This document shows, one piece after another, positions 52,801 through 64,000 of a stretch of DNA of 64,000 bases (positions are counted from its first letter, which is position 1; each line of letters begins with the position of its first letter). A program made the position numbers and the translations under genes. The notes below the pieces were generated by a model that saw only the letters and a program-made list of their open reading frames with translations, did not search any database and was not told where the DNA came from. Source of the stretch: Perkinsus chesapeaki ATCC PRA-425 (lineage: Eukaryota > Protista > Perkinsozoa); the NCBI GenBank assembly GCA_013115145.1, contig JAAPAO010000134.1, positions 1 through 64,000 of the forward strand, in the 5' to 3' direction.

Positions 52801-53340
52801 ATCTGACATGATAATACGAGTATATTTTGTGCGGCATCATGCCGTCGGCACTCGCAACCTTTGTCGACTGATCATCGGCTTGAACCGGAGATCACAGATG
52901 CTCTGCGTCAGAGCTGACTAGCACGCGATTTGTGTCATTTCTGTGCTTACAGACGAGACTGGAACGTTGGGAGTACTTATACCGTTAAGGACCGTGTAAG
53001 AAAGCGCACCTGCTGATTTGTATAGAGGTCCTCTTGTATTCCCGGTATTAAAAACGCATCCAATTCGGGATGAGCAGAGCTGTCGCTCTAAAAAGTAAAC
53101 ATTGCCGTACTACAGCACAGTTTCGTACACCACTCTTCTGCCGCTGTGGTATCGGCAGCGTTGGGATTGTTGCATCGTGTTGAGGGGGACCTTACCAACA
53201 ATGAGAATGACCCCAGATAGAGAGTATGGATTACTGTGCTTCTGCTTGTTCAATCGAGGTGGTGGGCCCATGTTGTTTATTAGACGAGGCGGTGTCTCCT
53301 TTCCTTTCATGGTAGTTACGCGGGAAATCAAGGAAGTCAA
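49880..53340 (-). CDS. Multi-EF-hand Ca2+-binding protein (calmodulin-like pair plus calcineurin-B-like module)
   Basis: EF loops DSDGNGSLDESD, DHDGNG, DTDGSGMIDYEEF, DSDGSGEIDVKEF and DEDNSGFIDKPEL in successive exons. Both ends are approximate. Confidence 0.75.
50564..50585. repeat. 22-bp 7/8rc/7 footprint (AGTAAATC)
   Basis: AGTAAAT-GATTTACT-GTAAATC. Confidence 0.9.
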
Positions 53341-54079
53341 GTTGTCTTGGTATTATCAAGTTGATAATATTAAATTGATATCCAAGTGCAATATCGAACA
53401 CCAAACTTTATGTGAAGCCAGCTATAGTGTTCTATGTAGAACTCAGCGCTATGAAAAATCGGGAAGTACTATGCAGAGCAATGGATATTCGTGTACAGCC
53501 AAAACACATGTCCTCCGATAGGAGAATATCGATGATATATCAGGACGACACGGCTATTATGTACTGAACAAACACAAGAAAGGTACTTAGATGATATAAT
53601 GTACGGCTCATATGATCATATAGTCCCAGCATCATCAGACCCGGCTCGGACCATTATATTCCACATGGCACATGCTATCGTTTCCGCGGAGCAGCAATAT
53701 TAACAGATGAGTGAACGGATGGATAACTCAAGATACGGAGCGATAATTGAACCTTCTGCCTGCCTTGATACTCTGATAGGATATATCGAACTGAAAATGT
53801 AAACTTAACACGAACGAAAGATTTATTCGTCAGGACACTATTCGGATTTGTTAGTTTAGTAAAAAAGTAGAGTGAGCTCTGTAATCACCAGATCAGAGTA
53901 ACTCGGATCGATTTCAAGAGGCAGAGTTGCTTCACGCGAGGTACTTTTCGAGTACGAGAACGGATAGAAACACAGTGTAAATATACTAATACTCGGGAAG
54001 CAGAGGGTTTATAGAAGTGTGTATATATTATTTGATGCTGTAAATATACAAGGAGGGGAGAGTCGTACAGTGCCTACTA

Positions 54080-57000
54080 CTACACCATGACGTTGGTACG
54101 AGTACTTACTTTTCCAGGGGAGCTAGGTGGGGACGCGCGCGACCCGGGGGAGTGGACTCTGATCGCACTAGAGCTCACCGGACTAAAAACTACTGAATTT
54201 TCTCTCATAGCCTTCTTATCAATCTGAAGCACCAAGCTTGATATTGCAAGGGGCCTCCAACTGACCTCCGGAGAATCTTTGAGTGGATACCGGGCCTCCA
54301 GAACGTATTTAAGGTCCTTGTTCTCCTCTTCGAGTTCCTCTCGTTCAATTCTAGAATGCTCGTGCTTAGCCGATAGGTGATGAATTGCTGAATGATACAC
54401 GCTGAATTATCGGCTAACTATAACTATCAGCAAGATGTTCGCAAAGCAAAAAATATACGACCTTGAGGCTGCCACAGTTATACTCTCCTAGTAGATGCAT
54501 AACATGTGTCACAAATACAGTTGTAGGCTTCATGAATGACGTCACAAATCGTGACGCACAGTTTCTGATGCTCGATGAGAACCGAAATAGCAAAATTCAA
54601 TGCGCATTGTTCTCAAAATTAACTACGTTGTACTGCCAGTAATTTGTTTATGAATAGCAGTAATCAAGAGTTCGAATATGAGTCTTTATTTTATCAATAA
54701 ATGAAATCTCATAATGATTAATAAGGTATTAATAGCTATTAGATTTATAGTATTAACGACAACTACCGACGGTAGTCTACCGTGTCATCTCGTAGTTATT
54801 CATGTTACGTATCGTCACTCGGCAGCTCACTAGTATGAGTTGCACCCTTACATCGCAATATATCTGGTATCGGCTCAACCATTCTCTCCAAGGCCTTGAT
54901 CCGCTGATCATCTGCACCAACATGTCGTGCTGGAGGCGTCTTCGCTCTATGCCTGCCGAGGGGCAGTCTCGTGCAATTTTTGCAGCTATAAAGTTACTCA
55001 GCCTTGTTCGGCATCTCCTGTTTACTCAGCCTTGCCAGCCGACGCTTACCTCCCTCCAAATCTGATACGTACGCGGAATATTGAATTTTATTAAATGAAT
55101 TGCCTTTTTCTAACGCCTTTGTCCGTTCTCGGAGAGTTTCATTCTTATGTTGAAGTACCTGAGGCGGTTGTATTTCAGAATATACCAGAGACGAGGCTCT
55201 CGACTAACTTTAAGGTGTTTTTCTGCCGAACCAAGTCTCTTCTTATATTCTTGCAGAGTCCTTTTCACTTCTTCTTTTTTATCACGCTCAGCCTGAATGA
55301 TGCATGTTAGCACATCACGAGCACACCCCTGATGCCAAGTGCATGACGCACTCATTATCGTTTAGCAGTTCTCTGGAGAACTATCTTCTTATTGCTCGTG
55401 AAGAAAAGCACGAACCAATATGGCCAGCCCCAGCCATCGTTTAGCCAGTACTGTAGTAGTATAACGACTTCATCAGCCCACAAAGTGCTTCGATTGCTCG
55501 AGCTCGATAGAGCCTTGCTAGCCCCGGAAGGCGCGAGATACGACCTCACCTTAACCTCCTCCAGATATTGCCGTTTGCGCCTGTCGAGTTCCTGTTGATA
55601 CTTGCCAGCTTGGCTCTTCAGCTTTTCCTCAAACTCTTCTTTTAGTGCGCTAAACTGTTGCAAGTAGGCGCTCTCTTTCTCCTTTAAACCAACACCTTGA
55701 AAACATAAGGATGTACCGTATTGTTCACACGCTGTTAACCCGTTCATTTTCGTCCATTCATCCAAAAAACACTTCATTTTATGCAGTGTTCTCACATCTG
55801 TCCGAAATTTTCAATGTGAAAAAAAGCAATTTCTTCCAAAAATGATCAGAAACTTGTGTAGCTGAGCTGAGAAAAAGTTGTAGATATTCCGAAACCTACT
55901 ATACATGGGCCATGTAACATGGCATGCGAAGTTGTAAGTTCAAAGACGTTTGGCAAACGGTTTGGCCTTCAACCGCTGAATAGTAGGATAGTCGACTTGG
56001 ATCGTAGCCAGCATGCTGGTCCACTTCAGGTGCTACTCATAGACCTACTCGTCCTCCTGTGAGTTTCTGCATCCCGGAGAAGCGTATCCAATTCTTTCCT
56101 CAATCGCGATGCTTCTTCAGTGTGCTCCCTGAGGGCGTAGCCGTAGTTAGCTTAGTCCCGAATCTCGGAATCCCGGAACACTGTTCCCGGCACAGAATTA
56201 GTTCCGGGAACTAATTTCGGGAACTAGTTTGAATTAGTCGAGGTCTAAATATTTCTCGTGAGCGCGTGAGAAACTGACTGCACCATGAATGATTGCCACA
56301 TGGCATTCATTTGATCGGCATAGCTGCGTTGCGAGTTGAATCACTTCTTCATTGCGGCGATTATGCTTTCTTTCTTATCCAGCTCCTTCTGTAAAGCTCG
56401 CATTGCTTCTTCCCCTGCAAAGAGATACTATGATCCCCTGACATATAATCGTACGGTACGATTCGTACCCTTCTTTTTCTCCTCACGCGCTTCAGATACG
56501 GACTTCTGAGCTACTTCAATGCGCTTCGTATTCTCCCTGAAAAGCGCAGTGAGAGGGATTCTATGTTAAAACCTATGCCGTAGCCCTCCACAACTTGTGG
56601 CAGAAGTCTTGTGACCTTTGGCAATGCGTAGCCTTGTCGAGTTGCGCTTTTGGTGTTCAAAGCGGTATCAAGATCTAGCGAACACTTGCAACTTACAAGT
56701 ACGTTATACCAGCGGTATAGCAAACGACAAGATCTTAATACGATCATCTTATAAGCAATAAGATGGTGTATGGATAAGAACACAGTGCTGAGTTTGTAGA
56801 TGAACACAGAACGTTTCAACACGAGCCGCTCGTGACGAGCGTAATTCTACGCCAATTTCTCATCAAGAGCGATGCCAGCCATCGAAGAACAATTCGCCTC
56901 ACTCTTTCATCCCGATGAGTCGCTCCTCCCTATCTTTCAGCTGTTTCTCCAATCTAGAGGTAGCAGCGATACCTGAGCACACTTTTCTATAGGTATTATA

Positions 57001-60000
57001 AAGGACGAGTCCTCTACAACCAATTAATTTGCCACCATCAGATTTTAGAGGCGATACAGGCTGTATCATACAGCTAAGCTTAAGGGTTCTCGACAGTGCT
57101 GATTTCGTTCCTGCCAATGTTCGATAATCCAACCTAGCCCCGACAAATCCAGGATTGCATAGAGGTTACGGATTTCGCCAAGCGGTGCATTCAAAACATG
57201 TCTCTTATTAGATGCGATTCACACGGGCTAAATAGTCTTCTTTCCTGACAGAAGTCGAAAACACTTCTCCTTGAGTTGCTCCAGTCTAGGAATTGTAGAC
57301 TGGAAGCCCTGGTTTGAAAGTTTCAAGTTGAAACGTGCATACTTTTGTCACAGAAATGTTTACTTTCTCGAAGATCCTTCTCCAGTGTATCCGCTTTTTT
57401 CGTAACGTCCCTCAGCAACTCCTCCTGGGAAATATTCTAGCTGTTATGCAAGAGCAACATCCTGTCACTTGTGCCCTAAACCGTTCCTTCAGCTCTTCCT
57501 TCGCTCGCAACCCTTCCTCGATAGCGGCTTCCTTCTCTTGTTGAAGCTCCTCAATCGATCGTTCGCGGTGCTAAAATGATTAACTGGGACCACGATGTGA
57601 CCACATATTTCCCAGTCCCGCCAAAAAGTTCCAGCCTCCCGCACATGCACAGCCTTTTCGAAGCGACTTCCAGTTCTCATCAACCGGGGTTGATTCAACC
57701 CCGACCAGTTGAGACTTGGACGTCGGATGCTGGCTGGACTTGCGGTAGTATGTGGATACATCTATCCGAGTTTAAACAACCGCGAAGCCCATATAGCCGA
57801 GAGTTTTTCAAAAAACGCGACACTATATTGCTATTTGGCAGGCTGTAGAGCTCGCCAAATAGTAGTACTGTTATAGTAGTGAGCTCCATGATCAGAACAA
57901 GCTTTGCCGAATACAATTGTTCGCGGTGAACTCTCAACATATGCGGTAATAAATACCGGGTATTTTCAGTACGGGTTATAAGGGATGATGAAGTATCTCC
58001 TAGTGGACTACCAACCTCGTAGCGTAGGAAGATCAGAATACACTTACTTCCCATTTCTCTTTGAACACGCCCCAAAGCCTTTTGGTGTTTGTTTCCTTTT
58101 CCTTCAGTGTCTCCTCGAGCTCTTCTTTCGAGGCAGATGCATCCTCATGAGCCTGACGAGTTCATGCTACACATTACCGAAAACGTGGAAATAGATACCT
58201 CTCGAATCTCTCGCAGTTCCTGGTCTCTACGTCTTAACGCGTTCTCTGTTCTGCCGAGCCGATGCTTCAAATCCTCGCTATCTATTTTCAATGCATCGAA
58301 ATTCTAATGGAAAAAAAGCTATCCACGGAAGCGATGTGTTTTTTCATGTGAGACTGTATAGTGTAAAAATGGCTTTGTCGGACACTGTGCTTTCTCACCT
58401 TCCGAAGCTCCTCTAACTCGGACTCTTTTTCCCGGGTGAGCGCAAGGGCTTGATGTAGACTCTCATTCAGTTCGTTTCGCGAAGTCCTCTCCTCCTCAAT
58501 GGCCTAATTCAAAGGTTTCTTGCCAAAGCCAGTGAATGAATATCACCACGCTGGATGTACTTGAGCTTACTTGCGTTTGTGCGCTGACTCTGCCCCGAAG
58601 CTTCTCGAGTTCCTCGATTAGATCGCCCTTCGACTTCTCAATCTTCTCTTTGGCAGCTCGTTCCTGCTCTAGAAGTTGCCGGAGCTCTTCATGGCTTTTA
58701 GTAGCATGTTCTTGGTGACCCCTGGAGAACACAGAGCGCTAGTATCAGTCTGATTGTCAGACTCTGATACTATCAGGGATCCCTCTTAGAGAGTATCGAT
58801 AGTGAATGTTGACGACGATGAGAATTTGGTGTTCAGATATTAGACAAAATTACGAGTAGCAAATAGAAAAAAAACGAAACTCCGAGTCGCAATGAAGAAT
58901 GCCTTATCATTGAAAGAGAAGTAATTCTTCTTAACTTGAAAACGAATATCGAAATTTTCGATTCGAAAAACGGTCCCCAATTAGGGGGCACTCACTCCCG
59001 CTAGGTTTCGGCCCGAACTATTCCGGACGCCCCTGTACTAAAAGGCTTCTATGGCAGCCTACGCCTCAGGCGTAACGCCCGTGTATTGCAAGGCCAACCT
59101 ACTTGTGCATATCCTCCGTCTCCTTCAACTGTAGCTCTAATCTCGTGCTCCGTCGTCTAATATGCTGCATCTTCAACTCGCGCCCTTGCAGCGCATCTTC
59201 TAGTTTGCCTCTTTCCAATTCGGCTATGACAATATTCGCGAAATTGAGAAAAATTCTGAGGGCTACTTTCTTTTAGTTTCTCGGTGAGATTCTCGATTTT
59301 GCTCTGTGCTTTCTTTAGAGCTTCTTCCTAAATGTCAAAGCTGTCTTCGAAATTCATATTACACGCCAACGGCCTAAGTGAAATCAGCCGCACGGTGTGC
59401 GACGCACGTTGGATAGTTCGCCAGGCTCGTTAACGACGATAGGGGGTAACCACGCAACCGATATTGTCGCAGTGGGTGGTTGACGGATTTTTAACTCGGT
59501 GTCACCCACTTAGTGTCCCGGTGTCCCTGTCACCGACTCAGTGTCACCGGGTTGTTGATGCGCCTTGGCATGAACGTTGTTTTGGTGTATAAAGGGCACT
59601 GCATTCTCGAAGATCAACAGACGATGTCGTACACTGCCCCCCATTGATAGATCAACTGCCATTCCGGAAAGCAAAGGCTCTCATATGAAGGCTTGAGTAT
59701 TTGTGGTCCTGTCCCGTTTTAGCCAGTCACGAGCGCTTACGGTGGTTACGGACCTTGTTTTTACGACTATTATGCTGATGGTTCGAAGTGATGTCGTACA
59801 GAACCACTGATATACAGGGTACACGAATATTTGGTACAGAACATGTACCTCCGCAGTACTTTCTTAGGCCCAACTACAGCATGACACTGCCCGTACAGTT
59901 TGACTGCTACCGAGTCGGGAGTCCCGACTCGAGTCGAGTCGGTGGCCGTCCCGGCTCGGGACGGTCACGTGACGCAACGCTCACAGCGTAGCGGAAACAG

Positions 60001-63000
60001 CTACATTATATATTCGACAAGCTCTTCCAGCTCCTGAGCAGTTTCAAGTTTCTGAGCTTCTTAACAAGACTGCTAAGGTAACGTCTCACTAAGACGGTCT
60101 TAGTGATGACACGGTAGTTATAATTAGTTCGATGCACCAATTTTTCTAGTTCAGTTTGCAACGAACCATTCGCTGGACATGACAAGTCTCTACCACCTCC
60201 TATATCAATGTCATATCATGACTATGGTGTTCGCTGGCAACTTGCGCAACGACCTCGTTCCATCGAGCCCTGTCGTTGGAGTTCTAGCTCATCCTCCCGT
60301 CGAACAGGTTGATGAGACCTTTGTTATGGAGTATGTTGTGGAGTTTCTGGAAAGTGCGGGGATACAGGTTGTCCCTCTACTCTACGACGATCCTTACCTG
60401 GAATCTCAACTACAATTGATAAGCGGAGTTTATCTCCCTGATGGCAACGTTGACGTTACCCTGGATCACCCCTATGTGAAGGCGGCAAACGCGATCTACA
60501 AGTATGCTCTTAAAAGGCATTCTGAACAAGACCCTTTCCCACTGCTCGGCATGTGCCAAGGTCATCAAATTCTTGCTGCTCTGGCCGCGGGCACCGCCGA
60601 CGTTATCGCAAAGAAAGCTTATACAACTACTGATGTAGCTCTTAGTCTTAACATCAACGGTGATGGAGGCGAAATGCTTGGTTCACTCCCGCCGAACGTG
60701 AGACAAATTTTGGAGAACAAGCCGGTGACGGCTAATCTGCATAGTGACGGAGTGCCGCCCGAGATGTGGGACGACTTAGAAGGCAGTTCGTGATGACAAG
60801 TACCAGCGTGGATCCAGTCAACAATAAGGTCTTTTCAGCTACTATGGAGTCCCAGCCCGGCGTGGCACCCATGTATGGTCTTCAATGGCATCCAGAAATG
60901 ATTCCGTATCTTTGGAGCCGTTCATATGAGAGTGCTCTTGCCAAAACTATGGACTCTCTCCGAGTTAGTAATTGGTTTAGCTTATTTGTTGCCGGTGTGT
61001 TTCATGGAAAGCTTAATAGATTCAAAGACCAAGAAGTGCTAGATGCAGCGCTCATCCGCAACTATGTTCGCCGCTGCGAGGATTTCTACTGCAGTATTTC
61101 GCAAGGAACCTGCTACTATAAGGTTTCATCTAGTTCATTGCTTCATTAGAGCATACCATCCTTCGTATGACAGGCTATCACTGAAAGCTCAGGCTGAGCT
61201 ACTCAGCGCAATAGCTCCTCACAGTGTTGCTGTGCGCGGGTTATCGTCATTATCACTTAAGAAGATAGTGTTGGGTTACTATGAGATCGACCAGGAGCAA
61301 CAACACCGCTGGTTGCGAGAACTACCATCATGGTACTACCAGAACTACCATCATAATAGGCCGCTGAACATACAATCATTTCATTATGGTATTTGATACA
61401 GCATTTTTCGTATAAACAAAAGTGCCAAAGTCACGTTTTTGAGTTCAGCGGAAGGTTCAAAGGTTTCATATTCAGCTATAAATGATGGTACATTAGCTCT
61501 GCGCAGTCGCATATACATGTAATTTCAATGTCTATTAGATGTTACTAAGTTAAAGTTCCATGGGTAAGATTGCAAGGTTAATCAGATCTCGAAAAATGCC
61601 CTTGGTGACTGCGCGTCAACGAGGTAGACCTAGTATCCCTATAATATACCCTTATTATAAGGATACCTTTCGAGTGTGGCATAGATTTAATCTATTGGAT
61701 TATATGTCCCGATCGCTGACTTACTTTCTCTTCCACTTGCTCATTGGCATCCTCTAGTTGAGATTCCAATTGCTTGTTATCCTTTTTCAACGAACTAGCC
61801 TTATTCTTCTCAACCTAGACAAGAAAGAGCCCAACTTCACACATTTTCACAGATATGCATGAGGACGTGGAAAAATTGTACTGTGCCTGCCCCTAACCCT
61901 AAGATTGGATCGTCAATATTACCCTTAATATACAAACGTAAGGTCACAAAAAGAACGAGGATCATATGATACGATGGAGATAATCTATGGCAGGGATTCT
62001 CTGCTTCCCTTGAGGAGCTCCGATGGAAATTCTGTTAGAAACTAGACCCCAAAGGGCCATAGAAGTATAACGAGTCATGAAGTACGATGCTTACCCTTAG
62101 TTCCTCGTGCATTCGGTCACACTCCGACTTAAGCTCGTCGAAGTGGACTTGAAGATATGATTCTGATGAGAGTACATCGCTCGCGCGAAACTTACTACGA
62201 ATTCCCCGTCCTTACTGCTTTGATATTCCCGCCTGAGCTGCTCAATCTCCTGCATCGCTCCCTCGTGCTCTCGAACCTGGCAGCAACGATGTGTTGAACT
62301 GTTTGTTCTCAAGTGAAGTCCAGTCACGTACTTTCAGCTTTAGTAGCTCCTCTTTCATTTTCGCTTCCTTAAGCGCTTCCTCTCGGTTCCGCAACAGCTC
62401 CTCAAGCTTTCGCTCTCGCTCCTGAGAGATTTCCTGGCGAACAGCGTATTCGGGAACAAAATGGTTATGAGGAAAAGACTAGCATTGTATTAATAAAAGT
62501 ACAGTCCTAGCGATTATGTAATAATACTGAAGACTTTAGAGCTGCATGCCGGGTGCGCACCGCACCCGAAAGACTAATGCTCGAGCACACAATTCCACCA
62601 CAGCGCACAATGACGCTAGTGTGAAGCGGCACCCGATAGCATAGTAGTGTGCTACGCCGCCATTGGTTAACCAATTTTTTTTCTTTCCTGTGATAGGGAG
62701 GTGTTGGCAGCCGGTACTGAGTATGTTTCCCCACGAGCTGAAGATGATTTGAGTTCCTTACTAGTTAACGGGACCGGGTATTAGTATGCTGCAGCACACA
62801 TCATGAAACACTTATAACAACATACTACTGGAACCATGAGATGTTTCTGTCAGAAATGCGGCTCTATTCAGAAATGCGCGTTGGTCCTAATTCCTAAGAA
62901 GTACGCAAGCCTAGGAACCTGCCGATCGTAAAATGTTTGATCTTCCTGGAGCACAGAGCATCAACTGCTATACATAGATATCTATCATGGACAACAGTTC

Positions 63001-64000
63001 TTCAAGTGCCCGTTCTCCTCAAAGGTGACGTAGACGCGCTCATCTGGACACAGGCTCACTTGTATATCTCCAGCATGGCGCTCCTCTAGCTTCCTCCGTT
63101 CAACACTAGACTGATGCAGTTCCTTTTCCAACTGTCTTCTTCCTTCCATCTCGTGCTGTTCAAAGCGTTCATTATGATATCTACGTTAACAGTAACATAC
63201 GGCACGTCTAGGTCAGGGAATGAGTTGTCTCATATTTACACAACATCCAGTGGATCATCCACTGTGGATGCCATCCACCTTACAACCTTCGAGTATTAAG
63301 TAATATTTCGTGTTTGCTATGAAAAAAAACGGACATCCGTTTCCATTCCTAATAGGAAATAGTGTAAGAAATAGAAATTTCCTATAATATGGGATCGATA
63401 TAGTATGAACAGCTTTTCGAGGGATATGGAGATACTACTGCCGCCAACTTACTCATTGAGTTTCTCTGTGAGCGCTACTTGTTCTTGAAGCTCCACGATT
63501 TGTCTTTTTAACTTATCTATCTCTTTCTCCTTTTCAGTGTGGACATTCCTCAGGAGCTGTAGCTCTTCAAAGCCTGAAACCGATGCATTCTCCTTGCATG
63601 ATTAACCGTATAACTTACACAGCTCGCTTTTGCTTTTCAACCCGTCCACGTGCCTCATCGCTTTCTCTCTCTCGCATCGCTGCAACACCGTAATGAAATA
63701 CCAATGTGGAATGCAAACTTGCCTCGGTCTCTAGCTGATCCAGCAAGCTTTGATTCTCCTGTTTGTAGTGCTCCATTTCGGCTCTGCTCTCCCGTTCTAG
63801 ATTAATGTTCGCCCTTTTCAGTGCCTTGAGCATACGGAAATTTTCATTGACCGCCAGGCTGACAGCTACCTCGATTTTTTCTTCCAGAAACTTGGTTTGA
63901 ATGAAAGATTCATGCATTGCTTTCTCCAGCTGTTCAGAATGTTTATTTGACGCGGATCTCTGAAATCAGGAATACCACGATTCTGGGCCTCGCCTCGACA
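54080..64000 (-). CDS. Large multi-exon coiled-coil protein (5' end beyond window)
   Basis: Many E/K/Q/L-rich heptad exons from 63917 to 54080, including exons on both sides of the 60.1-62.1 kb intron. No head domain in the window. Confidence 0.7.
54762..54783. repeat. 22-bp 7/8rc/7 footprint (ACTACCGT)
   Basis: ACTACCG-ACGGTAGT-CTACCGT. Confidence 0.9.
55902..55923. repeat. 22-bp 7/8rc/7 footprint (TACATGGC)
   Basis: TACATGG-GCCATGTA-ACATGGC. Confidence 0.9.
56448..56469. repeat. 22-bp 7/8rc/7 footprint (ATCGTACC)
   Basis: ATCGTAC-GGTACGAT-TCGTACC. Confidence 0.9.
56820..56841. repeat. 22-bp 7/8rc/7 footprint (CACGAGCG)
   Basis: CACGAGC-CGCTCGTG-ACGAGCG. Confidence 0.9.
60179..61149 (+). 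pseudogene. GGH: Gamma-glutamyl hydrolase (peptidase C26)-like, intronless, with one frameshift
   Basis: PVVGVLA, FLESAGIQVVP, FPLLGMCQG (Cys nucleophile) and YGLQWHPE (His/Glu). The frame changes near 60780-60790. Confidence 0.8.
63249..63270. repeat. 22-bp 7/8rc/7 footprint (AGTGGATG), inside a longer chain
   Basis: AGTGGAT-CATCCACT-GTGGATG. Confidence 0.9.

Noticed and set aside
61890-61903. CCCTAACCCTAA telomere-like sequence (similar short runs near 29737 and 42497)
   Set aside because: Only about 2 units; expected by chance.
42480-64000. Search for a hAT transposase or TIR-bounded MITE to accompany the footprints
   Set aside because: None recognisable by eye in this window.

Overview
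Eukaryotic, intron-rich protist DNA with many 40-60 nt GT-AG introns. The gene content (S28 peptidase, small secreted families, HAD-like DWDDTL protein) suggests an alveolate, probably Perkinsus; this is inference, not a database result. Recognisable genes in order: S28 serine peptidase, coiled-coil+GAF protein, TMEM245/AI-2E-like membrane protein, COMM-domain protein, galactokinase, tRNA-Pro, YccF-repeat protein, SmE, an OXR1/TLDc gene carrying a truncated R4/Dong-like LINE in its last intron, a short phytochelatin-synthase-like gene, four tandem signal-peptide GNAT acetyltransferases, a HAD-like protein, a 57-aa Cys-rich secreted peptide, a multi-EF-hand protein, and a large coiled-coil gene hosting an antisense intronless gamma-glutamyl hydrolase. 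The most striking non-genic signal is a recurring, sequence-independent 22-bp structure: 7 nt of an 8-mer, then the full reverse complement of that 8-mer, then 7 nt of the 8-mer. I found nine perfect and about nine near-perfect copies, all in introns or intergenic DNA as far as I can place them. The geometry is what double-hairpin resolution of an 8-bp target-site duplication (hAT-type excision) would leave. Multi-exon gene boundaries were assembled by eye and are approximate.
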